A stretch of DNA of 62,631 bases, filler included, from Nemertoderma westbladi (GCA_032718475.1; 3 parts of 3 records of this genome joined end to end with filler, not necessarily neighbours in it); one strand, 5' to 3'; numbered from the whole stretch's first letter, positions 12,951-26,457 are shown. The notes: generated by a model from the letters alone, not told the origin. Program-made: numbers and translations.

Positions 12951-13941
12951 CTCCAACACCGCGGTAAACGCTATTAAGCGAGCTAACAACTACGGATCGA
13001 CCCCGGGGGGTAAGAATAGAGGTTTAAATACTGTAAGAACCACACTGATTAATAATGACTTTCCAGTTGCCCTTGTGGATAAATTAATCTATCAGGTAAC
13101 GAGAGGACCTTCCCGGAAAACAATTCAACATAAAGATACTCTCCCCTTAGCACTACCTTTCAACAACGATAACATCCTACGCAAAGTAAAGAAAATTATA
13201 GCAAATTCCCCTTTCCACAGTAATGTAAGATTAGTCTCAATTCCCGGCGCAAAATTAAAAAATACTCTTATACGTTCTAACATTAACAAACCCAAGTGCC
13301 CCGCTCCCCCTAATACTGATTGTTATACATGCGGAAACGGTTGTAGAAATTGTATTAAGAAGAACATAGTTTACCAACTTAAATGTAACATCTGTGGCGA
13401 AACGTACATAGGCGAATCATATTTTAGGGTTAGGGACAGGACAATGAAACATCGTAATTCAGTTAGATCAGGAAACACATCGAGTAGTAGTATGGCATCA
13501 CATTACCTTTCAGAACACCCAAATAGTCTAAAAATACAAAATGCTTTTCAAGTACTAACTCGACTGCAATGTAAGGACTGGCCAGATCGAAAAATAGCAC
13601 AATCTATATATATATACATACAAAAACACCAAGCATTAACATACAGCACGCTAAAGATTTCGATACGGGATGGTAGGTAATATAAACATTATCACTGGTA
13701 CAAAAAAAAAATTTCTTTATATACATTTTTTATATATTTTTTACTATTACGACACACGTTAAATTTAGAATAGACTTTTTTCAATCAATTTTTCAATTTG
13801 GTGCAATTAAAATTAGAAACATTAAATTAGTTGAAGTACTGTATATCTTTTCTTTTTTGGTGCAATAGTCTTTAGAGGGAAATTTGAATTGCATTCTGAG
13901 TCTGTACTGTGCTTCTCTGTTGGTAGATATATCTGATTGTT

Positions 13942-13979
13942 TGAGTTTGATAAAGGCCTGATGGCTGAAATATTACTCA
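13942..13979 (+). ncRNA. Minimal type I hammerhead ribozyme (U3-A8 core variant) in the Penelope terminal region
   Basis: TGAGT-TTGATAA-A-GGCC-TGAT-GGCT-GAAA-TATT-ACTCA: stem I TGAGT/ACTCA, stem II GGCC/GGCT, palindromic rudimentary stem III. Confidence 0.65.
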
Positions 13980-14542
13980 GTAAACCACCATTTTTCTGTC
14001 ACCTTAATTGGTCTCTGAATCTAAACCTAGTATATGATACAGTATATTGGTGTACAATATGCATGATATCTTTCTAGCCAAAATGTTACCTCTAGAGTAA
14101 AGTTGATGTATCTGACCTGTAATATCACGGTCATCATAAGTAGATGAGCAGATAATGTGGCCAAAATAGATTAAGATTCAAATAAGAATAGTTGGATGCA
14201 ACAAGCATCGGTGAGCTTTAATTTAATTGTTACACCTATACTCGCCCTGTGACAATTAAACTAATGTGATGTACTAATATATTATAAAACCCCTATAGTC
14301 ATCGTCTTGTTTGTATCTGCATCTGCTTTATAAAGGAACTAATTAGCTTAATTTTATAATTATTCTCAAATCATTATTTATCTTCTATTTTTATTTTTTA
14401 AGTGCATTGCTCGTCTGTTCATGTTATCTTTGTTAAACAAATGTTTGGGTTTGGCTGATGTATATGTATGGATGCATTTGTTATACGTCATTGTTTTACT
14501 TTTTTTTGTGGTTAATTATTGGTACTATTTTATGCTTTATAG

Positions 14543-14665
14543 ATATTGATGAATGTGATACCGATACTGATAATTGCCACAATGATGCTAGCTGCACAAA
14601 TACTGTTGGTGGATTCAGCTGTGCTTGCAATTCCGGCTATGAGGGAACTGGTGAATCATGCACTG
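14543..14665 (+). CDS. Second calcium-binding EGF exon (near-identical paralogue of 5346-5468)
   Basis: Same AG/GT sites, 123 bp. DIDECDTDTDNCHNDASCTNTVGGFSCACNSGYEGTGESCT. Confidence 0.92.
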
Positions 14666-16745
14666 GTAAGTAATTAAGTAACTATTTCAACTCCTTCATT
14701 CTAATTTAGTTTATAATAATGTAATTGACCAAAAGACTGGAAACCCTAAAAAATGCATTGATATTCCTGTTTATTGATATTCCTGATATTCCATTAGATG
14801 ATGCTGAGGATGAAACTTGAAACATATACTTTATTTAATACTTAATTTAATAACTTAATTTTTTTACATTTAAACGCCAAAAGTCAATCCTAGACACTAG
14901 AACTAGAAGAGAACCTAGACTATAGAAACAAGAAGAAACTAGACGATAAATTATAATAATAATTTATAAGCCTAAGGCACTTACTTTGTTTGGGTGGGTG
15001 TGATGAACACCTGTGAAGTTGGGGTGTACCACATGATCCAATAACATGGTAGTTGTTAGGTACCCTTCGTTGGTTCATGTACTACAAGACTGTAGTGATG
15101 GTGACTAGTAGCGGATGTAGTGCAAGAAGGATGCTGGTGCTATTATTGTACATGGTTGATCTTTACTTGGTCAAGAAAAGATCAACATCAAATTTGTAAA
15201 GGTTGCAAATTATATTAATGATAAATGTAAAGTGTTTGGTATAGACAAGTTGTCATTAGTGTTGGTTTTCTCATAGCTATTTGCATCCATGCGGTCTATC
15301 TGCTATCTACTTTAGTATAAAATAAACCCCGAGATGGTTGCCATTATCAGATCTCTAAATGCCAGGTAATCATGAAACCAGGACTGAAAGACACTACCGA
15401 TGCCAAACAACTTTTTTGGCACAGATTATGTACAATGTACTAATTTTCATACATGCTGTACAGTACACACATACATAACATCCATGTTATCTTTATGGAA
15501 CCCATTCATATTTCCACATAGCAGTCTCTCAATGGGATCACAAATTTGAAAATAAGACGGTTGCGATTGTTGGTAAAAAGTTTGTGGTTAATTTAATTCT
15601 ATTTTGGTCCTTTAGGTAATTTTTGTTTAATTTGTCTAATGAAGTCCTATTTATTACATCGAAAATAAACAGTTTTTTGCTTTTCCTGTAAAATAAAAAA
15701 AATTGAGTATGGACCGGACCTTTAGGGGGGTATAACTATCTGACCCATTAACTTTGGTATTTATACAAAAAACGACCTAATTTTCATCCACCACCACCCA
15801 GGTAGCACAAATACATAAAATTACGTTCATTATTCGTCCAGACGTTCTGAATTTATGTTCATATCACGTTATATTTCTCCCATAGGATTATATTATTGTT
15901 GAACGTTCAATAGTTCAAAGTTGGCCGTCAGAAGTACGTTAATTGAACTGATACTTGAACGTTAAAAGACGTTATGAATCTACTTTCCAATGTCGTTTGA
16001 TCTGTGTTCACTAGACGTTCATTTCTGGTGTGTTATAGGTCCATATTAGGTAGAAAAATCGTAAAAATGTAGTGTGAGACCAACCAATCACTGTTTGTGT
16101 ATGCATGTTATGTGTAGAGGGGAAGGGGGTGGGGGGGGGGGGGGGGGTAGCCTACCTTATCCAATCGGCTACACCCTATCCTACGGCCCTACACCTACAA
16201 TACCCTATACATTTAGAGAAGGAAGCATCAGAGTATATATAAAAATATTTAATCATTAGTGATATGAGAGTATCCATATTATGGTTGTTAGCGGATTCAA
16301 TTCCGCTAACCACCCCATAAAGTTGGGAAACGGCACCTTTGAGCAATATTGGGGAATACGAGATTGATTACCAATCAACCTCGTATCACCCCCAATAAAC
16401 GGGGACGACAAACCCCAAAGGGCCGCACACAAAGGGAGGTTAAACCTCCGGGAGGGGAAAGTAACAGCAGTGGGGGGGGGGGGGGGGGGGGGGAACACTC
16501 CCACAGAGTTGAGGGCGAGAATTAGGTTATCGGCCAATGGGAGCCAAGAAACGCATCCGCTGAGTACAATGGCCATAGGTAATGTAGATATATAATATTA
16601 CCGGTTAGTGCCCAAGATTCAGTTATCTCAGTTGCTCAGGGCAGTACGGCAACACTTTACACCGTCATCGCCGTCACCGACTATTGTATTTTTACCGGTA
16701 CTTACAGTCAATTCAGTTATCTCATGCTATCTGTTATTTCACTAT

Positions 16746-17691
16746 CATTATTGTGGTTGACTATGTTCTACGCATGTCCTTAGATCATTATAATGATGAT
16801 GGGGTGATGATAACTCCATCTACTGGCTCCAGAAGTCGAGGAAATCCTGCCAAGTACCTAACTGATCTAGACTTTGCTGATGACTTAGGAGTACTCTCAG
16901 AATCATTAGATGGAGCCCAACGGCTCCTCAGCTCATTAGAACATGCTGCTTATAGTGTTGGTCTTTTTATTAACTCCAGAAAGACCAAAATTCTGACAGT
17001 TAACTTTGAAAGTCCTCAGCAAGTCTCTGATCGGATGCGCATAAGCTCAAAGGATGGTATGCTTGAGCATGTGGACGACTTCTGTTACCTGGGATCATGG
17101 ATCCGGAAGTCAGGTGAGGACCTTCGAATACGTAAGGGAAAGGTATGGGCAGCCTTGAATAGGCTTCCCAGGATTTGGAAGTCACCGAGAATTAATCGGA
17201 AACTTAAGGTCCGATTATTTAGAGCAGCAGTAGTTCCAGTACTCCTCTACGGGAGTCCATGCTAGGCTCTAACTGCTGAGGACACCAAATCTCTGGATGG
17301 CACATACACAAGAATGCTACGCCGGGTTCATTGTGTCAAGTACAATGCACACATCTCCAACCAGACACTATATAACATTGGAGGTGTCTCATTGGTTCCC
17401 CCAAGCTTGACACTAGAACAAAATCGCCTCCGCTTTGCAGGACATTGCTTTCGCCGTGGGGACCAGCCAGTGCATAATCTTGTACTTTGGCAGCCTCATG
17501 GAGTGAATAAGCATGGTGGACAGCCCATGACTTTCTTGAGAGGCATCTTAAAGGACACTGGCCTTAAAGATGCAGATGATCTAGCAAATGTCATGGGTGA
17601 TAGGGAGTTGTGGCTGTGCAATTTTGTTGACAAGCCGGCACAGCATTCTTAAAAATGCAGCTGCAATGCAGCATGCCGATCCTAGTAGTAG
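16746..17691 (+). mobile_element. 5'-truncated RTE-like LINE inserted in the 5' LTR; 11-bp TSD
   Basis: TSD tatttcactat at 16735-16745 and 17692-17702. LTDLDFADDL, FCYLGSWI, VLLYGS, RLRFAGHCFR; (TAG)n tail; absent from the 3' LTR. Confidence 0.95.
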
Positions 17692-17898
17692 TATTTCACT
17701 ATTGTATACTATATATTTTACCGCTTGTCAAGAATATCGGAACAACAAACTAACTATATCTTTTCCATCGAACGGTGCAGCCCTTGACGCGTAAATAAAC
17801 TCAAACTCGGTCGGGATCCTCTGATCCCGTCACAGTGTAAAGTTACCAGCTGATCCTAAAGAAACTGTGACTGCCAGCCACCACTCAGACAGACAAAG

Positions 17899-20800
17899 AT
17901 GAGCGAACCCCGAGATCTTGAGGGAGAGACAACACCGCCGCAGACCCCGGACGATACGAACGAAACGATCCGCGAGGCCGCGACGCAACGGTATCGACCC
18001 GCAACACCGGAATCGCTGGAGGGGAGCGAACCGGTAGCCCAGGCAGAGGGCGGCTGTCTACCACAACGAGGGACGAGCGAGTGGAGAGAAGGGAGAGACG
18101 AGTCGACGCGCGACGGCGCACGAGGTACTGATGTCGCCGGCCAGCCACAGGCCGAGGGCGACGGACGGCCCACCGGAACGGCGATGGTGGGGCCGCCGGT
18201 ACGATGCCGAACACGGAGAGAAAGAGGGGATATCGGCGACGAGGACGTCGGAGTCAGCGACCGGCTCCGACGAGCCTACAACGCGACGAGGAGACAACTG
18301 AAGGGAGCCAAGGAGGGAACAAAACTAGACCAGGTGAAACTAGAACAGCGACTAGGTGAGTCGAACAAACATTTTGATTATCTAGTTCGCTTTGGGCAAG
18401 GAGTATTGGCGGGTGAGAGAGCGAGAGAGACCGCCACCAAACTGTTCGAACTGTGGCAATCTAGGGGTATGGAGCCTGGTGTAGTGTACATAGGGCCGTA
18501 CTTAGTGGATGCCGGGGGAATTAAGTTAGTGGGTTGGGCGGGACCGTGGGAGGGCGAATCCGAGGTTAACCCCGAGGATTCAGTCTCGTCGGTCGGCGAA
18601 ATCCTCAGAAAGCGGGGGAAAGTTAGTAGGACAGGGAGGCGATGGGAGTCTGTCGCGACCGACAAGTCTGCTACATCCTCCGCAAAAGTAAGAAGAGTGT
18701 TAGAAATAGATCTGGCGTGCCAGTTGGATATCGTGGCGCTAGACCAAAAGGAGTTAGAGAGGCAGCTGGAGGAGGGGGCTACGTTGCTAGAGAGAGAGAG
18801 AGAGAGTTGGCGAGGGAGTGCAAAGAGAGAGCTGAGAGGGTGGCCAGGAACTGTAGGGAGCGAGAAGAGAGGGAGAAAGAGGGGCGTGAGAGGGAGAAAG
18901 AGGAGCGCAAAGAACGAGAAGTGAGAGAGGCAGCGAGGGTGGAGAGAGAAACAAATGAACGTACAGAGCGGGTGGCGAGAGAAACAGAGTTAGCGAACCA
19001 GTGTTTGCGAGAGGATAGGGAGAGAGAGAGAATGGGGAAGCGTGTGCGGGATGATATGCATGCCCGGCTGGGGGGGCTTATGCAATATCAGGCCAAACAG
19101 AAACGCCGACTAGAACTGGCCCAGTTGGTGCTGTCAGAAAGAGAGGCTGGCTCGGATAGTGTTTACGAGGAGCCAGAAGTTATGGAAACGTTTGTTAATA
19201 CCCCACTTACAGGGACCGGACAACAGACCCAAGACTGGTGTAACCGTACGGGCGGGGGGGGGGGGGGGGGGGGGGTAATAACAATACCTTAGAGAACGTT
19301 AATATTAATAGTACCGTAGTAGATAACCCTAATCAAACTTTCATTGCAGGAAATAATATTTTACCTGGTAATAGTAATTTAAATCCGAGTGACCCTAATT
19401 TAAATGTAGGAAATAATTCAAATAATGTAGATTCGAATTTACAAAATAATACAAATAATTTAAATAATAATCTAAACCCGAATATACAAAATAATTCAAA
19501 TAATATAATTACGCAAAATAATTCAAATAATCTTAATTCAAACGAACAGAGTAATCCCATTTCAAATTCAAATAATTCTAATAATTTAATTAATTTAGAA
19601 GATAATGTTAATAATGGTGCTATTAATATAAACGTGGCGGACGCAGGTGGCCCTGCAAATGAGAGCCTGGTAGGCCACGTAGTTAGTGCGCAGGGAGTAG
19701 CGGGGTTGAGTCAACCCGACGAGAGCCTACCAGGCAACACAGTGATAGAGGGAGAGGCGGGGGTGAATAGACCCAGCCGCAGTAGAGTTAGTGCGTCGAC
19801 TAGAGGGGGGTGTAGATGTGAAGTAAGAGATAGTGAAGTGATAGGTGGCGAGTGGGGGGGGGGGGGGGGCTACAGGGGCCCCACAACGAGAGATTAGAGG
19901 AAAGAGGGGGGGGGGGCAGAGAGTGTCCCACAGGCGTCAGCGGATAATGTGCGGGGCGAATTAGGTGAACCGCAGCACCCGGCGATGGAGAATAGTAGGG
20001 GGATTACGAGTATCCCCAGCGGCGTGCAACCGAGTAGAGAGAGAGAGGTTAACGTCGCGAGAGGGCGAGCGACGAGACGTCGAGCCCAGTCAGAAGAGGG
20101 AAGAAGAACAGTGGAGTTTAACCGGGAGGTCGACGAGAGATCTCACGAGCGGGGACACTGCACTGCAGAGAGAAGAAGGGAAGAGAGTAGAAGAAGTGTC
20201 GTCGCGAACGACAGGAGAGCGAGGATGGATAGCGAGCCATCGGTAGTAGAGACGGAGATGGAGAGTCGGTGGGGTCGAGCTCCGGGAGATTGCCGTCGTC
20301 CCGGAGAAACACGACCTGACGAGGTGTACTACACGCCGAGAGAGGGGTACAGGGTGTACCGGTCCGAGGACGAGAATAGTAGAGGGGATCGGAGAGAAAC
20401 TTCCCGACGGGATATAGCTGCCGATCGAGGATACGGTAGCCGCAGGGAGAACTTCTTGGATTATTCGAGAAGGTTAAACCTCGATCCCGAGCGACACATA
20501 CAGACTGCAGGACATACTGTAGGCCTTACTGCACATACTATATGCCATGCTGGGAGAGATAATGTAGGCGTTAGGGCAGCGCAGACGACGGGATTAAACC
20601 CGGAAGTCGCGGAGTACATACCGGTAGGTAGGCCAGAAGTGGTTAAGCCTATACCGGTACCAGCACAGCAGTATGACTATAGAATGCAAGGACATAACAT
20701 ATATCCAGGGGAGGGGAGAGTTATTGCGGATAGGTGCATGGGCCCCAATATATTAACATCAACCCCAGTACCAAACATACAGGTGGGGGGGGGGGGGGCA

Positions 20801-22310
20801 GGGTGACATTCCCCCATCACAATATCAACAATATACTCCAATAGGAATAAGAACATCGAACCTCCTGGACGAGAACAGATCATGTGACACCGAAATATGG
20901 AGGGGGCCGCTACCCCCAATGATATATCCGACGCAGAGAAAGGCAGCAAATAGGACGGGCGGACCGCACCCAACAGGAGAATCTATACAGCATCCATCGA
21001 ACCCATTGGAAGCACAAGCGATGGGAATGGCTATATTGATCAATGCATTAAAAAGCACGATCGAGTTACCACCAGTAGAACCATTTAAATTCGATGGGAG
21101 TAGGCCCGAAGAATACCTGCAGTTTCGGCGCATGTATAGCAATGAGATATTGACAAAGAACTTGACGCAGGCGGAGTGCCTAAAATATCTACAGGTGTAT
21201 ACAGGAGGCCCAGCATACGACATCGTGAGGCAGTACCAGGGCATCAAGGGCGGCTTCACGACAGCATGGCGGGCACAAGACAGGGAGTACGGGCACCCGG
21301 CCAAGATCATTCGGCAAACCCTGAGAGGTATAACATCGGGTGGCCTACAGGACAACCCCGTTAGCATAAAGACATTTGCGAACAAAGTCGAGAAGGCACT
21401 AATCGTGTTGAAGATGTTAGACGCGCCATACGAACTCAACGCATCTAATAATATCACCACGATAGCGCAGGCACTGCCAATCTGGCTGCTCAGTAAGTGG
21501 AGGAAAATCGCTTTCTCCACCCGAGAGAAGAAGGGTGCGGAACCTGGCCTAGAGGAAATGTCGAACTTCCTCAACTATGAAGCTGAGTTGATCACAAACC
21601 CAGTCTATAACGAGGATAGTCTGGGAAAGGCGCCGAGAGCCGAATACAACAGGCCGAAACCAGAGCACAATGCGGCAAACGCATTACCAAATCTAAGACA
21701 ATCCCTACCATACGCGGCGACACAGGGGACTGCCAGTCCACAGATAGTTGGGAGTGGGGCCAGACCGTGGCATGAACAGGGACAAAATAACAACACGAAC
21801 AAACATAATCCCAAGATGCCCAGTAGGCCAAACCCAAATATCCAAAACACTAAATCAGTAGACGTGAACCTACGCGCAATACGCGTTGGGATGTATAAGG
21901 AACGTTACAACCCGGGATACGAATGTCAATTGCACAAAGACGGAACCCATAAGACCATGGACTGTAAGCATTGGCAGGCGTTACCCGAACAAGATCGGAA
22001 AGCCTATGCGGATAAGAATGCAGTCTGTCACCGATGCGTGGTAGGAGGACACAAGGTTGAAGAGTGTAAGGAGACACCAATTAAGTTCGGTCAAGGCAAA
22101 GGACAGACAATGGCGACAAGCACCATAGGGGCGAAGAAGAGAGGAACGGTACTACTCGGGGTAGTACCAGTGAGGGTAATCGGGGAAGGCGATCAATCAG
22201 TAACCACACTGATGCTGGTCGACAGTGGAGCAGCCTTCACATTGGTCGAGAATTGGGTGGCCAAAGAGATAGGATTGAAAATGAGGCCAAGTAGACACAA
22301 GAGATGGTAA
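17899..22310 (+). pseudogene. gag: BEL gag-protease region, frameshifted
   Basis: Successive ORFs 17899, 18642, 19634, 19949, 20919, with several breaks at poly-G or (AG)n runs. Coiled-coil E/R tract, CQLH..H..C and CHRCVVGGHKVEEC knuckles, LVDSGA protease motif. Confidence 0.85.
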
Positions 22311-22513
22311 CAACCATCTCTAGCAAAGATGAGGTCCTGGAGATGAGGACTGGACAGTCCGGGATAGCAGAGATAGCACCGGGATGCGATTATGGGGCGA
22401 CGATCGACCCCATCCAGGTGATAGAGTCGATAAATATCAACGCCAGGTGACCAACCAACATCGAGGTCGAACAATATAGATTCCTGGATAGTATCGACTT
22501 CTCAATACCAGAA

Positions 22514-25500
22514 GTGGACGTTAGAAAGGTATCCATTATAGTAGGAATGGACTGCCCGACCGCCCACGAGAGAATGCAGACGGTCTTTGGCGAAGACAAA
22601 CAGCGTGACCCGGTCGCAATCTTAACACCATTCGGGTGGACCCTAAGTGGCCCAATCAAAACCAAGATACCGTTTAGGATGTCGGAGACATCAGGGTGCA
22701 TGTTCGCGGGAACTATGCGGGAGATGGAAGACGAAGGAGCGGAGGAGCAGCTCAGGAGACTGCTTAGACAGGATTTTGAGGGATTGAAAGAGACCGGGGT
22801 TGGAACCTCGGTAGAAGATAAGCAGGCTTTACAAAGCGTAAAGGAGTCGATGACATGCGACGAGGGGCGGTATACCATAGGGATGGTATGGAAACAACCG
22901 AAACTACCGCTACCCGACAACAAAGAATGGTACTCACGAGGCTTCGTAAGTTGAAGCAAACGCTAAAACGGAGCCCCGAAAAGAATGAGTACATTCATAA
23001 GACGATTAGGAAGTATGTTGAGAAAGGATGGGCCGTGGAGTTACCGGTCGACGAACCCAACACGGACAGGACCTACTACCTACCACTTCACGTGGCTCTA
23101 GATCCGAAGAAAGGTAAACTACGGATGGTAGTTGACGCATCAGCTAAGACTAACGGCAAATGCCTAAACGATTATCTGTTAGAGGGACCCAATATCTACA
23201 ACGCAGGGATCGAGGTCCTACTCAGATTCAGAAATGGGAAGCACGCCTTCACATGCGACATTGAAGGCATGTTCAACCAAGTCCGTGTTACGGAGGAGGA
23301 TAGTGACAGCCAGCGCTTCCTATGGTACAACGGCAATGAGGAACCGTCGACAATACCGATGTACAAGATGGTGGTGCAGAATATGGGGGCCAAGTTGTCC
23401 TCATTTACGACGACTGTGGCTGTGAGGGACACAGTAGAGGGGAAAGAGGAGAGATACAGCGCCAAAGCCATCGATATGATTCGACGCGGCTTCTATGTAG
23501 ATGACGGGATGGAGCCTGGAAACACGGTTAAAGAACTACTGGATACAGGGCGCAAGGTTCGCGACATCCTGAAAGGATCCGGGTTTAACCTGACCAAGTT
23601 CCAGTCCAGCTCGGAAGAGTTTATGAGAGCCATAGAGGACAGGAGGCCAGAATCAACCATGGATAATCCCACGACCACAAAGGGACAGGACATGGCAAAC
23701 AAGAGGGTAGAGTCCCAGCAGAAGGCATTAGGGATCGTGTGGAACCGAGAAACAGACGAGTTCGGGTACCAGATGAGCCAAGAGGGCGTGGACATCCACA
23801 CAAAGAGGGGCTATGTATCGTACATAGCAAGGATATACGATCCCCTAGGCCTAGCCTCCCCACTATTAGTCACGGGGAAGAAAATACTTAAGAAAGTATA
23901 TAAATTAAAGGATGAGTGGGATACAGAGGTCCCGGGAGAGATCAGCAAGCAGTGGAGCAAGTGGACTGAGAGTTTAGAATGGATGGGGACATACAGCATG
24001 CCACGCATGTATTTCCCGGATGGGGACATGACGAATCTGGATCTACACATGTTCTCCGATGCATCATTGGAAGCATATGGAGCGGCACTCTACCTAGTAC
24101 AACGAGAGGGGGCTCATAAGCCCAGACTTGCATTCAGCAAAGCAAAGTCAACGCCGCCAGATTCAGCATCAGTCCCGAAACTCGAGTTGACAGCAGCGAG
24201 GTTAGGGGTAAGGGCCACAGCCTACTTGATGGACACTATTCCCAACATAGTGGAAACACACTATTGGACGGACTCCATGGTAGTGCTTGGTTGGCTACAC
24301 AATGAGAAGACGAGATACCCTATATTCGTCGCAAATAGGGTGGACGAAATAATAGTGAAGACTGAGTTGGAAAGGTGGCACTACTGCCCAACGGACGAGA
24401 ATCCAGCAGACTTGTTATCGAGGGGCGTGGCATGCCACACTTTCTTGAAGAAGGAAGTATTGTGGCAGCACGGGCCGCAATTTCTGAACGATAAGACAGC
24501 CTGGCCACCGATGAAGAAGGTGGACCCGGGCTTAGAGGAAGTAGTATTAGAGGAAGAGGGAGGAAACTTAGAAGGCAAAGAAATATATAGCCAGATGGTG
24601 AGGGAGATCAGGATGTGCAACCAAAAATAGAAGAACTATGCGATAACCCGACGGACAAACTCCTCAGCTACAGCTCAAGTTGGTGCAAGACCAAGAAGTT
24701 AGTGGCGTACTGGAGAGCCTTCGGGGATTTCCTCAAGGGAGTCGGCAGAGTCACAAAAAATAGACCAAACATCGATCTGGAGGGAGCGGCCAAGGCCATC
24801 ATCCGCTACGAACAGAGAAAGAACTACGGCGACGAGGTGGAACGCGTCGGTAAACAGCAGCATTTCCGACGGGACAGTGAGCTGATCGCGCTGTCGCCAC
24901 AACTCAATGATGATGGGATCTTAATAATGAATTCCAGGGTGCTAAATAACAACAGCATCATTATTCCACCGAAGCCCATCATCATCCCTAATGGATCGCC
25001 GATAGTGAACCAGATCATTTGAACCAGATCATATTGCACGGGGGCACCAACCGAACCCTCACGGAGATATGAAGGACCTTTTGGGTCAAACAGTTAAGGA
25101 AGAAGGTAAAAGCGGTAGTGGGTCAGTGCCAGACCTGCCGATGGACAAAGAAGGAGCGGGCCATACAGGAGATGGCGCCACTACCGGCCAGTAGGGTGAG
25201 ACAGCACGACCCGCCATTCACGCACTGCGGTGTGGATATGTTCGGGCCAATGAAGATTAAGGTGATGCGGCACACGGAGAAGCGCTACGGCATTATCTTC
25301 GTATGTAACAACACGCGGGCGGTAGGGATAGAACTCGCCCAAGATGCAACTGCATCGGCATTCATCAATGCCCTAGAGAGGTTCAGAGACCGCAAAGGTG
25401 GGACGATCGCAGTAATATACTCCGACAACGGAACCAACTTTGTGGGGGCAGAGAACGAGCTGGCAGATGCCTTGGACATCCTGGAAGGGGAGGAAGTCAG

Positions 25501-26139
25501 GGCAGCCATGAGAAGACGACAGGTAAAGTGGGAGAGGAGGACGCCGTATGCTCCGCATACTCTAGGATGCGTAGAGAGACTCGTGGGTAGTTCCAAGCGT
25601 CCAATGACGAAGTTGATGAACACCCACATGGTAACAGATGATGTACTAAGGACGGTACTGGCAAAGTGCGAGGGTATCATTAATAGCAGACCGCTATATC
25701 CAGAAAATGATGACCCAGAGTCATTAGATGTGCTGACGCCCAGTCATTTTCTAATGGAGAGGCCGGCAACCATCGACATGCGGGGTGTAGACCCAGACGA
25801 TATACACTCTCGCCAGAGTTGGAAAGTCGCTAAGGCGATAAGCGCGGAGTACTGGAGGAGGTGGGTCGAGGAATATCTACCCACGCTTCATAGGAGGAGC
25901 AACTGGAGAAATACCACTAGGGAGTTGAAAGAGGGTGATCTGGTGATCTGGTGATCGTCACGGACGACACCATCATCAACAACCAATGGAGATTGTCGAG
26001 AGTTGTGGGCACTTACTCCGACGAGGACGGAAGAGTCCGATCGGTAGAAGTGCGGATAGGTGGTAAGATAGGAGCGAAAGATAGGAAGACCTACAGGAGG
26101 GCTGTAGGAAAGTGCTGCCTGCTAGAGGGCGCACCGTAG
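22514..26139 (+). pseudogene. pol: BEL pol: RT, RNase H, integrase (several frameshifts/stops)
   Basis: YYLPLH, LRMVVDAS, CDIEGMFNQV, FYVDD, IYDPLGL, HMFSDASLEAYGA, PKLELTAA, WTDS, NPADLLSRG, GVDMFGP, SDNGTNF, VERLV, LTPSHFL. Confidence 0.95.
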
Positions 26140-26457
26140 AGTTTAGTCGTCCAAGTGTTGGACTGAGGGGGGTGAGATTGAGGGCGAGACGCCCTTCCCA
26201 CACACAAAATATAAAAAAAATTAATAAAATAAATAAAGAAAGAGAAAGAAAAAATAATAGTACGTAGTAGGTACGTAGTAAGTAAGTAGGCAGATAGAAG
26301 TTAGTAAGAGATAGTCAGTAAGAGGGTACGTAGTACCGGTTAGTAAGAGTTAGTAGAAGTTAGGGTATAAGTTGTGTAAAGCGTAGTAGTTAATAAGAAG
26401 TTAGTAGTAGCAAGAAGTTAGTAAGTAGTAAGAAGTAAGAGGAAGTTAGTTAGAGAT

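Larger units (their letters stand above)
12049..14033 (+). mobile_element. Penelope-like element: inverted RT fragment, thumb, GIY-YIG endonuclease and terminal region; 16-bp TSD
   Basis: Minus 12110-12415: LYGIPKIHK..RPI..STDIVNLYTNIP. Plus strand: FYVKPSNAG..HP and NIVYQLKCNICGETYIGES..R..H. TSD atgatacagtatattg at 12033-12048 and 14034-14049. Confidence 0.92.

Noticed and set aside
15797-16030. Possible CACTA/EnSpm-like end (cccaggtagcac with acgtt motifs)
   Set aside because: No matching opposite terminus or TSD found.
16115-16150. Poly-G tracts as G-quadruplex elements (many in the window)
   Set aside because: Homopolymer lengths vary between otherwise identical copies and may be unreliable; there is no independent support for function.
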